DNA from: an uncultured Desulfobacterales bacterium
Lineage (GTDB): Bacteria; Desulfobacterota; Desulfobacteria; Desulfobacterales; C00003060
Assembly: GCA_964430705.1 (NCBI GenBank)
Contig: CAYSGJ010000186.1
Location: forward strand, 892 to 64,891
Direction of reading: 5' to 3'
DNA: 64,000 bases
A program made the position numbers and the translations under genes. Below the pieces are notes generated by a model that was not told the DNA's origin, did no database searches, and worked only from the letters and a program-made list of their open reading frames with translations. This document shows, piece after piece, positions 55,541-63,359 of this stretch; the first letter of the stretch is position 1, and every line of letters starts with the position of its first letter.

Positions 55541-56671
55541 GTGTGCCGTTTATTCGCAATAACCAGTGAAGTGCCGCAGTCCCCCATGTTGGCCATGCAG
55601 GCCCTCAATGCCATGAAGGAAGGACATGATGGATCGGGAGTGGGTCTTTTTTTGACCGATCTTGGCGGACCGTTTGAGGAACTGAAAGGAGCTCCCATCC
55701 TTTCGGGCATTTTTACGAACAAAGGGATTCGGCGCCTGGACGAATTCATGATGGAAGTGGGGTTTATGACGAAATACAAACTTTCCATCAAGGTACCGAA
55801 GAACGCTCCGCCCGGCGTTCCCAAACGGGACATGTACCTGATTCGCGCCTATGAATACCCTGAGACCTGGGATGGATTGAAGGACGGAGAGCTGCAAGAA
55901 CGCCTTATGCTGATTCGTCTTCAGCTCCGAAAAATGGGCGAAGACAGCGGGGATATGATCGTCTTCAGCTTCTGGCCTGATGTGATCATGATCAAAGAAA
56001 TCGGCGATCCCTTGACCGTGGCGGAATTTCTTCAACTGGATCGCGACGAGCTTCAGGCCCGGATCATGATGGCCCAGGGCAGGCAAAACACCAACTACGC
56101 CATCAATTTGTATGCCTGTCATCCCTTTTTTATCCAGGGGATTGCCACCATGACAAACGGGGAAAACACGGCTTTTGTGCCCATTCGGGAATACCTCGGT
56201 TCCCGGGGTTTTCCCGGATATACGGGATACCAATCGGACTCGGAAGTTTTCACTCACATTCTGCATTTCATGCTCAATGAATTGGGCCTGGGCCTGGACG
56301 CCTACAAGCATGTGATTACCCCCCTTCAGGACGGGGATTTGGCGCGCCATCCCGACGGTCCTTTTCTCAAACACCTGAAGCATACCTGCCGGCAACTGAC
56401 CATCGACGGGCCGAACTGCGTGATCGGGTGTCTTCCCGACAACACTCTGTTCATGGCGCAGGACCGAAAAAAACTCAGGCCCGGCGTAACAGGCGGCAGG
56501 CCGGGGCTTTATGCCATGAGTTCGGAGATGTGCGGTCTGGATGCGGCCATTCCCGATCGCGACAAGCGTCTGGACTTTCAGCCCATGCACCTGGACACGG
56601 CCGTTGTCCGACAGGATCGAAAAGAGGTGACCATATGTCGTCAAACGGAAAAATTGTCCCTTCCACATTAA
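55541..56671 (+). CDS. Glutamate synthase amidotransferase subunit (class II Ntn GATase, GltB domain 1 as a separate protein)
   Basis: A GTG start gives M-CRLFAITSE, with the Cys1 nucleophile. An AAGGAG RBS precedes it. 376 aa. Confidence 0.85.
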   Translation: MCRLFAITSEVPQSPMLAMQALNAMKEGHDGSGVGLFLTDLGGPFEELKGAPILSGIFTNKGIRRLDEFMMEVGFMTKYKLSIKVPKNAPPGVPKRDMYLIRAYEYPETWDGLKDGELQERLMLIRLQLRKMGEDSGDMIVFSFWPDVIMIKEIGDPLTVAEFLQLDRDELQARIMMAQGRQNTNYAINLYACHPFFIQGIATMTNGENTAFVPIREYLGSRGFPGYTGYQSDSEVFTHILHFMLNELGLGLDAYKHVITPLQDGDLARHPDGPFLKHLKHTCRQLTIDGPNCVIGCLPDNTLFMAQDRKKLRPGVTGGRPGLYAMSSEMCGLDAAIPDRDKRLDFQPMHLDTAVVRQDRKEVTICRQTEKLSLPH

Positions 56672-58269
56672 GCATCAAAGACCTGCCCTGGCAGATCCTG
56701 TGGCGCAAAGACCGGTGCACGCTTTGCGGCCGCTGCACGGCCGTTTGCCCGGTCAGCGCTATTGAACTGGGGGTGCACCGGAAGCGGGCGGTCCAAACCG
56801 CGATGGGCCTTGATACCCCGCCGTCCAATGTCTTTGAAGTCTACCACGGCATCCGCCAGAAGACGGACCCGGCGTATGCCTGCGTGGGTTGCGCCATGTG
56901 CAGTCTGGTTTGTCCCAACGATGCTATTATTCCCTTGCGAAGCGATGAAGCGGACAAGCTCAGGTACCATGTCAACCGCGGCGGGCAACCACGACGCAGG
57001 GGCGGCCGGAGAAATGCCGTGGGCGGGATTCTGGATCAGATCAAATTCATCCGCATTTCCATGCTCACCGATCCGGCCCTGGATGCCGGAAGACATGAAT
57101 TCGAACTCCGAACCCTTCTGGGGCGAATCCTGCCGCCCAAAGAAAACCTGGAACTGCAAAAAACGCAGGGATGGATCCCCCCGGTGCGGGAGATCTATCC
57201 GCTGGTCATCGGCGCCATGTCTTTCGGCGCCCTTTCTCCCAATATGTGGGAGGGCCTCCAGATGGGGGTGGCCTATCTGAATGAAGAGCTGGGGATGCCG
57301 GTTCGCATGTGCACGGGGGAAGGCGGGTGCCCTCCCAGACTGCTGCGGTCCCGGTTCATCAAGTACGTGATCCTGCAGATCGCCAGCGGCTATTTCGGGT
57401 GGGACGAGATTATTCATGCCATCCCCGAGATGAAGGAAGACCCGTGCGCCATAGAGATCAAGTACGGCCAGGGGGCCAAGCCGGGCGACGGCGGACTGCT
57501 CATGTGGCATAAGGTTAATAAGTTGATTGCTGCTATCCGGGGGGTTCCCGCGGGGGTGAATCTGCCCAGCCCGCCGACCCATCAGACGAAATATTCCATC
57601 GAAGAAGCGGTGGCCAAGATGATCCAGTCCATGTACATGGCCTGGGGGTTTCGGGTGCCGGTGTATCCCAAGATATCCGCGACAACGACCGCGACATCGG
57701 TGCTCAACAACCTGACGCGCAATCCCTATGCCGCGGGCCTGGCCATCGACGGGGAAGACGGCGGTACCGGCGCCGCCTACAACGTGTCCATGAATCACAT
57801 GGGCCATCCGATCGCAAGCAGTCTTCGGGACTGCTATCTCAACCTGGTCAAGGTGGGCAAACAAAACGAGATCCCGCTGTTCGCCGGCGGGGGCGTCGGC
57901 AAGCAGGGCAACCTGGCGGCCAACGCGGCGGCACTTATCATGCTCGGGGCCAGCGGGATTCAGGTCGGCAAGTACATCATGCAGGCCGCCGCCGGATGCC
58001 TGGGCTCCGAATCCGATCGGTGCAACATCTGCAACATCGGGCTGTGTCCCAAGGGGATTACCTCCCAGGACCCCCGGCTTTACCGCCGGCTCGACCCCGA
58101 ACAGGTCGCCGAACGGCTCGTGGACGTTTATCTTGCCTTTGATACGGAACTGAAAAAGATCCTCGCGCCCCTGGGCCGATCCACCTCGCTTCCCATCGGC
58201 ATGTCCGACGCCGTCGGCATCAACGACAAGGCGGCCGCAGACCGTCTTCAGATCAGATATGTGGTGTAA
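56635..58269 (+). CDS. Glutamate synthase FMN subunit (GltB domain 2) with an N-terminal 2x[4Fe-4S] ferredoxin domain
   Basis: The start is chosen at MSSNGKIVPS, a 37-nt overlap with the previous gene. Motifs are CTLCGRCTAVCP, CVGCAMCSLVCP, IKYGQGAKPG and DGEDGGTGAA. Confidence 0.85.
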   Translation: MSSNGKIVPSTLSIKDLPWQILWRKDRCTLCGRCTAVCPVSAIELGVHRKRAVQTAMGLDTPPSNVFEVYHGIRQKTDPAYACVGCAMCSLVCPNDAIIPLRSDEADKLRYHVNRGGQPRRRGGRRNAVGGILDQIKFIRISMLTDPALDAGRHEFELRTLLGRILPPKENLELQKTQGWIPPVREIYPLVIGAMSFGALSPNMWEGLQMGVAYLNEELGMPVRMCTGEGGCPPRLLRSRFIKYVILQIASGYFGWDEIIHAIPEMKEDPCAIEIKYGQGAKPGDGGLLMWHKVNKLIAAIRGVPAGVNLPSPPTHQTKYSIEEAVAKMIQSMYMAWGFRVPVYPKISATTTATSVLNNLTRNPYAAGLAIDGEDGGTGAAYNVSMNHMGHPIASSLRDCYLNLVKVGKQNEIPLFAGGGVGKQGNLAANAAALIMLGASGIQVGKYIMQAAAGCLGSESDRCNICNIGLCPKGITSQDPRLYRRLDPEQVAERLVDVYLAFDTELKKILAPLGRSTSLPIGMSDAVGINDKAAADRLQIRYVV

Positions 58270-58272
58270 TTC

Positions 58273-60621
58273 ATGATGCAAAACAACGCTACAAACAACC
58301 AACAGACCATTCGAATCGCCGGGGTAGAACACGGACGGCGCCTGGAATCCCGGGTGCTGGAAGAACGCATTCAGCAAGCTGTTCAGGATGGCGCCCGGCA
58401 TCTGGAGATCGAGGCCTTCGGCCAGCATGGCATCGGCGGAAGGCTGTGGCGCGCGGGCGATGAATCCGTGCATGTCGTCATCAACGGCTCTTCCGGGCAG
58501 CGCGTGGGATCCAAGGGGTTTGCCAACACCCGCATCGAGGTGATGGGACCTGCGTCCGACGACGTGGGATGGCTCAATGCCGGCGCTGAAATCGTGGTCC
58601 ACGGCCACGCCGCCAACGGGGCGGCCAATGCCATGGCCCAGGGCAAGATCTACGTGGGGGGCAATGTCGGCGCCCGGGCCATGACCATGACCAAGCACAA
58701 TCCGCGCTTTGAGCCCCCCGAGCTGTGGGTCCTGGGCTCTGCGGGCGACTATTTTGCTGAGTTCATGGCGGGCGGGATCGCCGTCATCTGCGGATTCGAA
58801 GCGCAGGATCCCGAGAACGTTCTGGGCTACCGCGCCTGCGTGGGCATGGTCGGCGGCAGGGTATTTTTCCGGGGACCCCATCAGGGATTCAGCCAGGCGG
58901 ACGCCAAGCTTGTGCCCATCAGCGATGAGGACTGGCAGTGGCTGACGGAAGGCCTCCGCGGTTTTCTCGAAAAGATCCGCCGCCCGGACATCCTTGAAAA
59001 CCTTTCGCGCAGCGAAGATTGGCAGCTCTTGGCAGCCCGAAGTCCCTGGGAAAAGGCCGCCATACCCAGAAGATCCATGGCGGCGTTCAGCAAGGAAGTC
59101 TGGGAGAAGGAACTGGGCGCCGGGGGGTTGATCGGTGATTTGACGGACCTGGACCGGTCTGCCGTTTCAGTGATCCCAACCGGAGAGATGCGCCGTTTCG
59201 TACCGGTTTGGGAAAACCGCAAATACACGCCGCCTTGTGAGGCCGGTTGTCCTACGGGCATGCCGGTTCAGGAGCGGTGGCGCCTGATTCGCGAAGGCCG
59301 CGTGGATGAGGCCGTGGACCTGGCCCTGGCGTATACGCCTTTTCCGGCCACGGTGTGCGGTTACCTGTGCCCCAATCTGTGCATGCAAAGTTGCACCCGC
59401 CATACGGCGGGCATGCCGCCGGTGGACGTGAAACAGCTCGGCCAGGCCAGCGCGGGCGCCAAATTGCCCCCATTGCCCTCCTTGTCCGGCAAGCGCGTTG
59501 CCGTGATCGGCGGGGGGCCGGCCGGCATTTCCCTGGCCTGGCAAATGCGGGAAAAAGAACACGAGGCGGTCGTGTTTGATACGGAAAAGAGCCTCGGCGG
59601 CAAGATGGAGTCGGTAATTCCCGATTCCCGAATCCCCAAAGAAGTGCTCGGCAGCGAACTGGCGCGCATCCGCGACATCCTGCCTCACGTACACCTGCAA
59701 CAACGACTTGTCGGGCAGGATGTGGAACAACTCAAGGCGGATTATGATTTTGTCGTCATAGCCGTGGGGGCGCAAAAACCCCGGATCATCCCCGTGCCGG
59801 GAAAGGAAAAAATGATTCCGGCTATGGAGTTCCTGCGGCAAAGCAAGCAGAACCAGGCCCGGGTGGGAAAGCGCATGGTGATCATCGGCGCGGGCAACGT
59901 GGGCTGCGATGTGGCCACCGAGGCCCATCGCCTGGGCGCCCAGGATATTTTGCTCATCGACGTGCAGGAACCGGCCTCTTTCGGGGCGGAAAGAAAAGCC
60001 GCGGAGGCCGTGGGCGCGAGATTCCGGTGGCCACTTTTTACCAAGGCCGTTACGGATGAAGGCGTGGAGCTGACTACCGGCGAGGTGCTTGCCGCCGACA
60101 CGGTCATCATTTCCATCGGGGATCAGCCGGATCTGGATTTTCTTCCCGACTCCGTGGCCACGGAGCGTGGATTTATTGTGGTCAATGACCTGAACCAGAC
60201 CACCGACTCGCAGATCTTTGCCGTTGGAGACGCCGTCAAGCCGGGCCTTCTTACAGACGCCATCGGCGCCGGCAGAAAGGCTGCTGCGGCCATATCCGAT
60301 ATCTTTGCGGGCAAGCGGCCCAAAGGGGATACCCGCCGGATAATCGATTACTCCCGGATCAAGCTCGAGTACTTTGATCCCAGGATGATCGGCTTCAACG
60401 GCATTCAAAGCTGCGCCGGGCAGTGCTCTTCCTGCGGCGCGTGCCGCGATTGCGGCATCTGCGTGGAGATCTGCCCCCAGGCGGCGATTTCCAAGCAGGA
60501 AAAGGACGACGACGATTTTGAGCTGGTGGTGGATCCGGAAAAATGCATCGGCTGCGGGTTTTGCGCCGCGGCGTGTCCCTGCGGTATCTGGACCCTGGTG
60601 GAAAACGAGCCTATCGGGTGA
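58273..60621 (+). CDS. Fusion of the GltB C-terminal GXGXG domain, a GltD-like FAD/NAD(P)H oxidoreductase and a C-terminal 2x[4Fe-4S] ferredoxin
   Basis: 782 aa. Motifs are [86 protein letters not shown] and [12 protein letters not shown]. Confidence 0.85.
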   Translation: MMQNNATNNQQTIRIAGVEHGRRLESRVLEERIQQAVQDGARHLEIEAFGQHGIGGRLWRAGDESVHVVINGSSGQRVGSKGFANTRIEVMGPASDDVGWLNAGAEIVVHGHAANGAANAMAQGKIYVGGNVGARAMTMTKHNPRFEPPELWVLGSAGDYFAEFMAGGIAVICGFEAQDPENVLGYRACVGMVGGRVFFRGPHQGFSQADAKLVPISDEDWQWLTEGLRGFLEKIRRPDILENLSRSEDWQLLAARSPWEKAAIPRRSMAAFSKEVWEKELGAGGLIGDLTDLDRSAVSVIPTGEMRRFVPVWENRKYTPPCEAGCPTGMPVQERWRLIREGRVDEAVDLALAYTPFPATVCGYLCPNLCMQSCTRHTAGMPPVDVKQLGQASAGAKLPPLPSLSGKRVAVIGGGPAGISLAWQMREKEHEAVVFDTEKSLGGKMESVIPDSRIPKEVLGSELARIRDILPHVHLQQRLVGQDVEQLKADYDFVVIAVGAQKPRIIPVPGKEKMIPAMEFLRQSKQNQARVGKRMVIIGAGNVGCDVATEAHRLGAQDILLIDVQEPASFGAERKAAEAVGARFRWPLFTKAVTDEGVELTTGEVLAADTVIISIGDQPDLDFLPDSVATERGFIVVNDLNQTTDSQIFAVGDAVKPGLLTDAIGAGRKAAAAISDIFAGKRPKGDTRRIIDYSRIKLEYFDPRMIGFNGIQSCAGQCSSCGACRDCGICVEICPQAAISKQEKDDDDFELVVDPEKCIGCGFCAAACPCGIWTLVENEPIG

Positions 60622-61310
60622 TGGCTTTTTGCCGGGAAGACATACTGCCATAGCCATTGACGATCTGCATTCGGATATTTTCGTGCAAGGGCGTATGGTA
60701 GATAAACCCGGCCACACCCCCTTGCATCGTCTGCTTCATGGAGTCTTTCCCTTGCCTCCAAATGCGCTTCCAACTCCTGCTTGACACTGTCAGGCAGGAG
60801 CGTCACGCGATCTTTCATGCCCTTGCCATTGCGAACCACGATCTGGTGGTTACCAAAATCAACATCCTTGACCCGAAGGCGCAGACATTCCATCAGCCGA
60901 AGTCCTGCTCCATAAAGGAGCTGTACGATCAACCTGTGAATATCGAAAAGTGCTGCGATTGTCTTTCTCGTTTCCTCCCTGGTCAATACCGTCGGTATTC
61001 GTCTTCGTCTTTTGGCTCGCACTGCCTGAATGTCATTGCCCAGATCTGTGCGCAACACTTGTTTATAAAGAAACAGCAAAGCATTGAACGCCTGATTCTG
61101 CGTGGAGGGGGCCACTTTCAGATCGGTGGCCAGATACGACAAAAAATTTTCAATCTGCTCCGTGCCCATATCCTTGGGATGACGTTTTTCGTGATACAGG
61201 ATAAACCGTCTTATCCAAGAGACGTATGATTGTTCTGTCCGCCGGGGATAGTGCTTCGTCCGGACGACCTCACGCACTTGATCCAGTAGCTTTTTCGGCC
61301 GTTTCTGCAT
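60622..61310 (-). pseudogene. intI: Integron integrase IntI, 3'-truncated (catalytic box II / Tyr region missing)
   Basis: [40 protein letters not shown]...[22 protein letters not shown]. The IntI-specific patch [24 protein letters not shown] is present. Similarity stops at about 60622. The rest of ORF 60405..61367 is antisense read-through of the glutamate synthase 3' end. Confidence 0.8.
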
Positions 61311-61522
61311 TTTTTTATTGAATTCCCGAGGCTTATAATATACAAAAACATTGGATTTTTCTCCCAAAACGCCATGCTGTGACGCGCCTTACTTCGGGAT
61401 GAAGGACACCGCCAATTTTCACGTCGAAAGTTCTGTCAAGAGACAATCGGTGGTGTACATTTCTTTGGCTTGATTTTTTGTTTAGCGTATTTTTGGACAG
61501 ATGGCAAGCCCTGTGATGATAT

Positions 61523-61551
61523 TTGACGAAGTCCGTTTTTTATCCCAATAT
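61523..61551 (+). promoter_or_regulatory. Candidate cassette promoter (Pc-like)
   Basis: TTGACG (61523-28), a 17-nt spacer, then CAATAT (61546-51), oriented toward the cassettes. Confidence 0.35.
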
Positions 61552-61637
61552 TCACAATATGCGGAAATGAGTCCGCTTTTGATGCCCAATATGGGGTGTT
61601 ATGCAGAATTAGAAATTCCGTATATTAATAGTTAAGG
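61531..61637 (+). other. attI-like region
   Basis: An imperfect direct repeat is GTCCGTTTTTTATCCCAATAT (61531) and GTCCGCTTTTGATGCCCAATAT (61571). GTTATGCAG lies at 61598. The terminal core is GTTAAGG (61631-37), 15 nt before the first cassette ORF. Confidence 0.5.
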
Positions 61638-61652
61638 CATAGAGGTAATGTC

Positions 61653-62015
61653 ATGAAAAAATCAATATTCTGTTTTTCTATCATTCTTTTATTTTCTTTG
61701 GGTAATCCTGTTGCAGCATTGGACATTAAAGTAGGGGATCGTTTTCATATAACAGGCTGCGAAAATGGCGAGCTCATGGTCCCTGTGGTTAATATGTGGG
61801 ATAAACCAGGTGGCACTATGAAAGGTGCTAAAGTAGTTGGTAAATTATCTGGAGATGGCAGAGAAGAGCAAGGATTAAAATGTCAGGGTGCAATAGTAGA
61901 GTTATTAGAAATAAAAAATGTTGATGGCAGAGTCTTTTTAAAAGTTAAATCGGTGGTTAATTCCAATGTAGGTTGGATAACTGATAGCTTTGTTGGTCGA
62001 AAAACAAAAAAATAA
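61653..62015 (+). CDS. Cassette 1: small secreted protein (signal peptide, SH3b-like C-terminus?)
   Basis: MKKSIFCFSIILLFSLGNPVAA... and ...VGWITDSFVG. The coding sequence is markedly AT-rich compared with its neighbours. Confidence 0.65.
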   Translation: MKKSIFCFSIILLFSLGNPVAALDIKVGDRFHITGCENGELMVPVVNMWDKPGGTMKGAKVVGKLSGDGREEQGLKCQGAIVELLEIKNVDGRVFLKVKSVVNSNVGWITDSFVGRKTKK

Positions 62016-62028
62016 AAGACAAAAAATG

Positions 62029-62159
62029 CCTTAACGACAAAATCAACTCAGACCTGGCTACTCTCTTGCCAGATCGGAATTGTGTGCAACATGGAATCAA
62101 TTGATCTTGGCAAATATTTAAAATTCTAAACCGCCAGGCTGGTTATTTAAGCGTTATGC
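62029..62159 (+). other. attC site of cassette 1 (~131 bp)
   Basis: R'' is CCTTAAC (62029-35) and R' is GTTATGC (62153-59). The internal arms are imperfect: TTGCCAGATC pairs with GATCtTGGCAA (one extrahelical T), and CCTGGC pairs with GCCAGG. Confidence 0.6.
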
Positions 62160-62177
62160 ATCAAAGGAGAGTTCTGC

Positions 62178-62594
62178 ATGAGGCCGAGGATAAGCATGAT
62201 TACCCTGGGCGTCAGGGATATGGGAAAGTCGGTTCACTTCTATGAGCAGGGTCTTGGCCTGCCGAGGATGGATTCGCCGCCAGAGGTAGCGTTCTTTACG
62301 CTCAATGGTAGCTGGCTCGGGCTATATGGCCGCGAGTTGTTGGCGGAAGATGCGGGGGTACCTGCCGACGGTACTGGCTTCGCCGGATTCACGATTGCGC
62401 ATAACGTGGACTCGGAGGCGGCAGTTGACGAACTCTTGGACCAGGCTGTCTCAGCAGGCGCCAAATTGGTGAAGCCGGCCCAGAAGGTATTCTGGGGTGG
62501 GTACTCCGGCTACTTTGCTGATCCAGACGGCTATCTGTGGGAAGTCGCGCATAACCCCCTCTTTTGGGTTGGTCCGAAGGATGAAGATGCATAA
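62178..62594 (+). CDS. Cassette 2: VOC (glyoxalase/bleomycin-resistance/dioxygenase) family protein
   Basis: MITLGVRDMGKSVHFYEQGLGL...FADPDGYLWEVAHNP, with an AAGGAG RBS. Confidence 0.85.
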   Translation: MRPRISMITLGVRDMGKSVHFYEQGLGLPRMDSPPEVAFFTLNGSWLGLYGRELLAEDAGVPADGTGFAGFTIAHNVDSEAAVDELLDQAVSAGAKLVKPAQKVFWGGYSGYFADPDGYLWEVAHNPLFWVGPKDEDA

Positions 62595-62647
62595 CAAAAC
62601 ACTGGTGCGAACGCAAAAAGCCGCGCCGCACAGTTCGGTCGTTTGGA
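62589..62647 (+). other. attC site of cassette 2 (59 bp)
   Basis: R'' is GCATAAC (62589-95) and overlaps the stop codon. It is the exact complement of GTTATGC at the cassette start. R' is GTTTGGA (62641-47). Inner arms are CGAAC/GTTCG. Confidence 0.6.
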
Positions 62648-62688
62648 GAAACCACTGAATTGATTTTGCTCGGTGGAAATGGTAGGTT

Positions 62689-62886
62689 GTGTATATGGAT
62701 AGGGAAAAAACAGCCAAATACAGAATGACAGACCATTGGGATGACGATTATGTTCCCGGTACCCCCGAATACCGCATTGGCCTCGTATGGCCGCTAACCC
62801 AAGAAATTGCATCTCTAAGCGCAAAACACGATGTTGAACGAAGACTACAGAGACATGTTACATGCCTTGTCCGCCGAGAAGGTTAG
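62689..62886 (+). CDS. Cassette 3, gene 1: small protein partnered with the nucleotidyltransferase (antitoxin-like?)
   Basis: 65 aa ending in ...DVERRLQRHVTCLVRREG. It overlaps the next ORF by 56 nt. Confidence 0.45.
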   Translation: MYMDREKTAKYRMTDHWDDDYVPGTPEYRIGLVWPLTQEIASLSAKHDVERRLQRHVTCLVRREG

Positions 62887-63322
62887 ATTCATCCTTGTCG
62901 GCGCCTATGCGCTGGCTGCCCACGGTTATTTAAGGGCAACAATGGACATAGATATTTGGGTCATGCCGTCCCCTCGGAACGCCAAAGCCGTGTTAAGGGC
63001 ATTGCGACGTTTCGGAGCCCCACTACACAATCTTACCAAGGAAGACCTTCAAAAAGATGGCACCATATTTCAGATAGGAGTCGCTCCAAGACGAATTGAC
63101 ATTATCACCGCCGCATCCGGCCTCAACTTTGAGGAAGTATTTCAAAATTCGATTTCGATAAACATAGAAGGACTTGAGGTCCACATCCCTTCAATTGATG
63201 ATTTGATCCGAAACAAAAAAGCGACAGGGAGAACTAAGGATTTGGCCGACGTTGAAGCCCTCGAATCCGTCAAAAACTCCGAACACGACGCTGCAGGCGA
63301 CGCCAAAAAGCCGCGTGCCTGA
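62831..63322 (+). CDS. Cassette 3, gene 2: Pol-beta-fold nucleotidyltransferase-like protein
   Basis: FILVGAYALAAHGYLRATMDIDIWV fits the hG[GS]-x(9-13)-DhDh NTase pattern. 163 aa. Confidence 0.65.
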   Translation: MLNEDYRDMLHALSAEKVRFILVGAYALAAHGYLRATMDIDIWVMPSPRNAKAVLRALRRFGAPLHNLTKEDLQKDGTIFQIGVAPRRIDIITAASGLNFEEVFQNSISINIEGLEVHIPSIDDLIRNKKATGRTKDLADVEALESVKNSEHDAAGDAKKPRA

Positions 63323-63336
63323 GCTTTTCGTTAGGG
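63278..63336 (+). other. attC site of cassette 3 (59 bp)
   Basis: R'' is TCCGAAC (63278-84) and pairs with G+TTTGGA at the cassette start. R' is GTTAGGG (63330-36). It shares the core CAAAAAGCCGCG with attC 2. Confidence 0.55.
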
Positions 63337-63359
63337 TCGCAAAAGGGAGGTCCACGACA

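Noticed and set aside
56668-58881. 737-aa minus-strand ORF (and the similar 516-aa ORF 59167..60717, and 372-aa ORF 55550..56668)
   Set aside because: They lie antisense to glutamate synthase genes that carry clear catalytic motifs. Their composition is Gly/Arg/Pro/His-rich with no recognisable motifs. They are typical shadow ORFs in GC-rich coding DNA.
60405-60621. C-terminal 72 aa of the 320-aa 'full-length' integrase ORF
   Set aside because: This part lies antisense to the conserved ferredoxin C-terminus of the glutamate synthase fusion. It has no IntI box II or Tyr motif. It is read-through, not integrase sequence.
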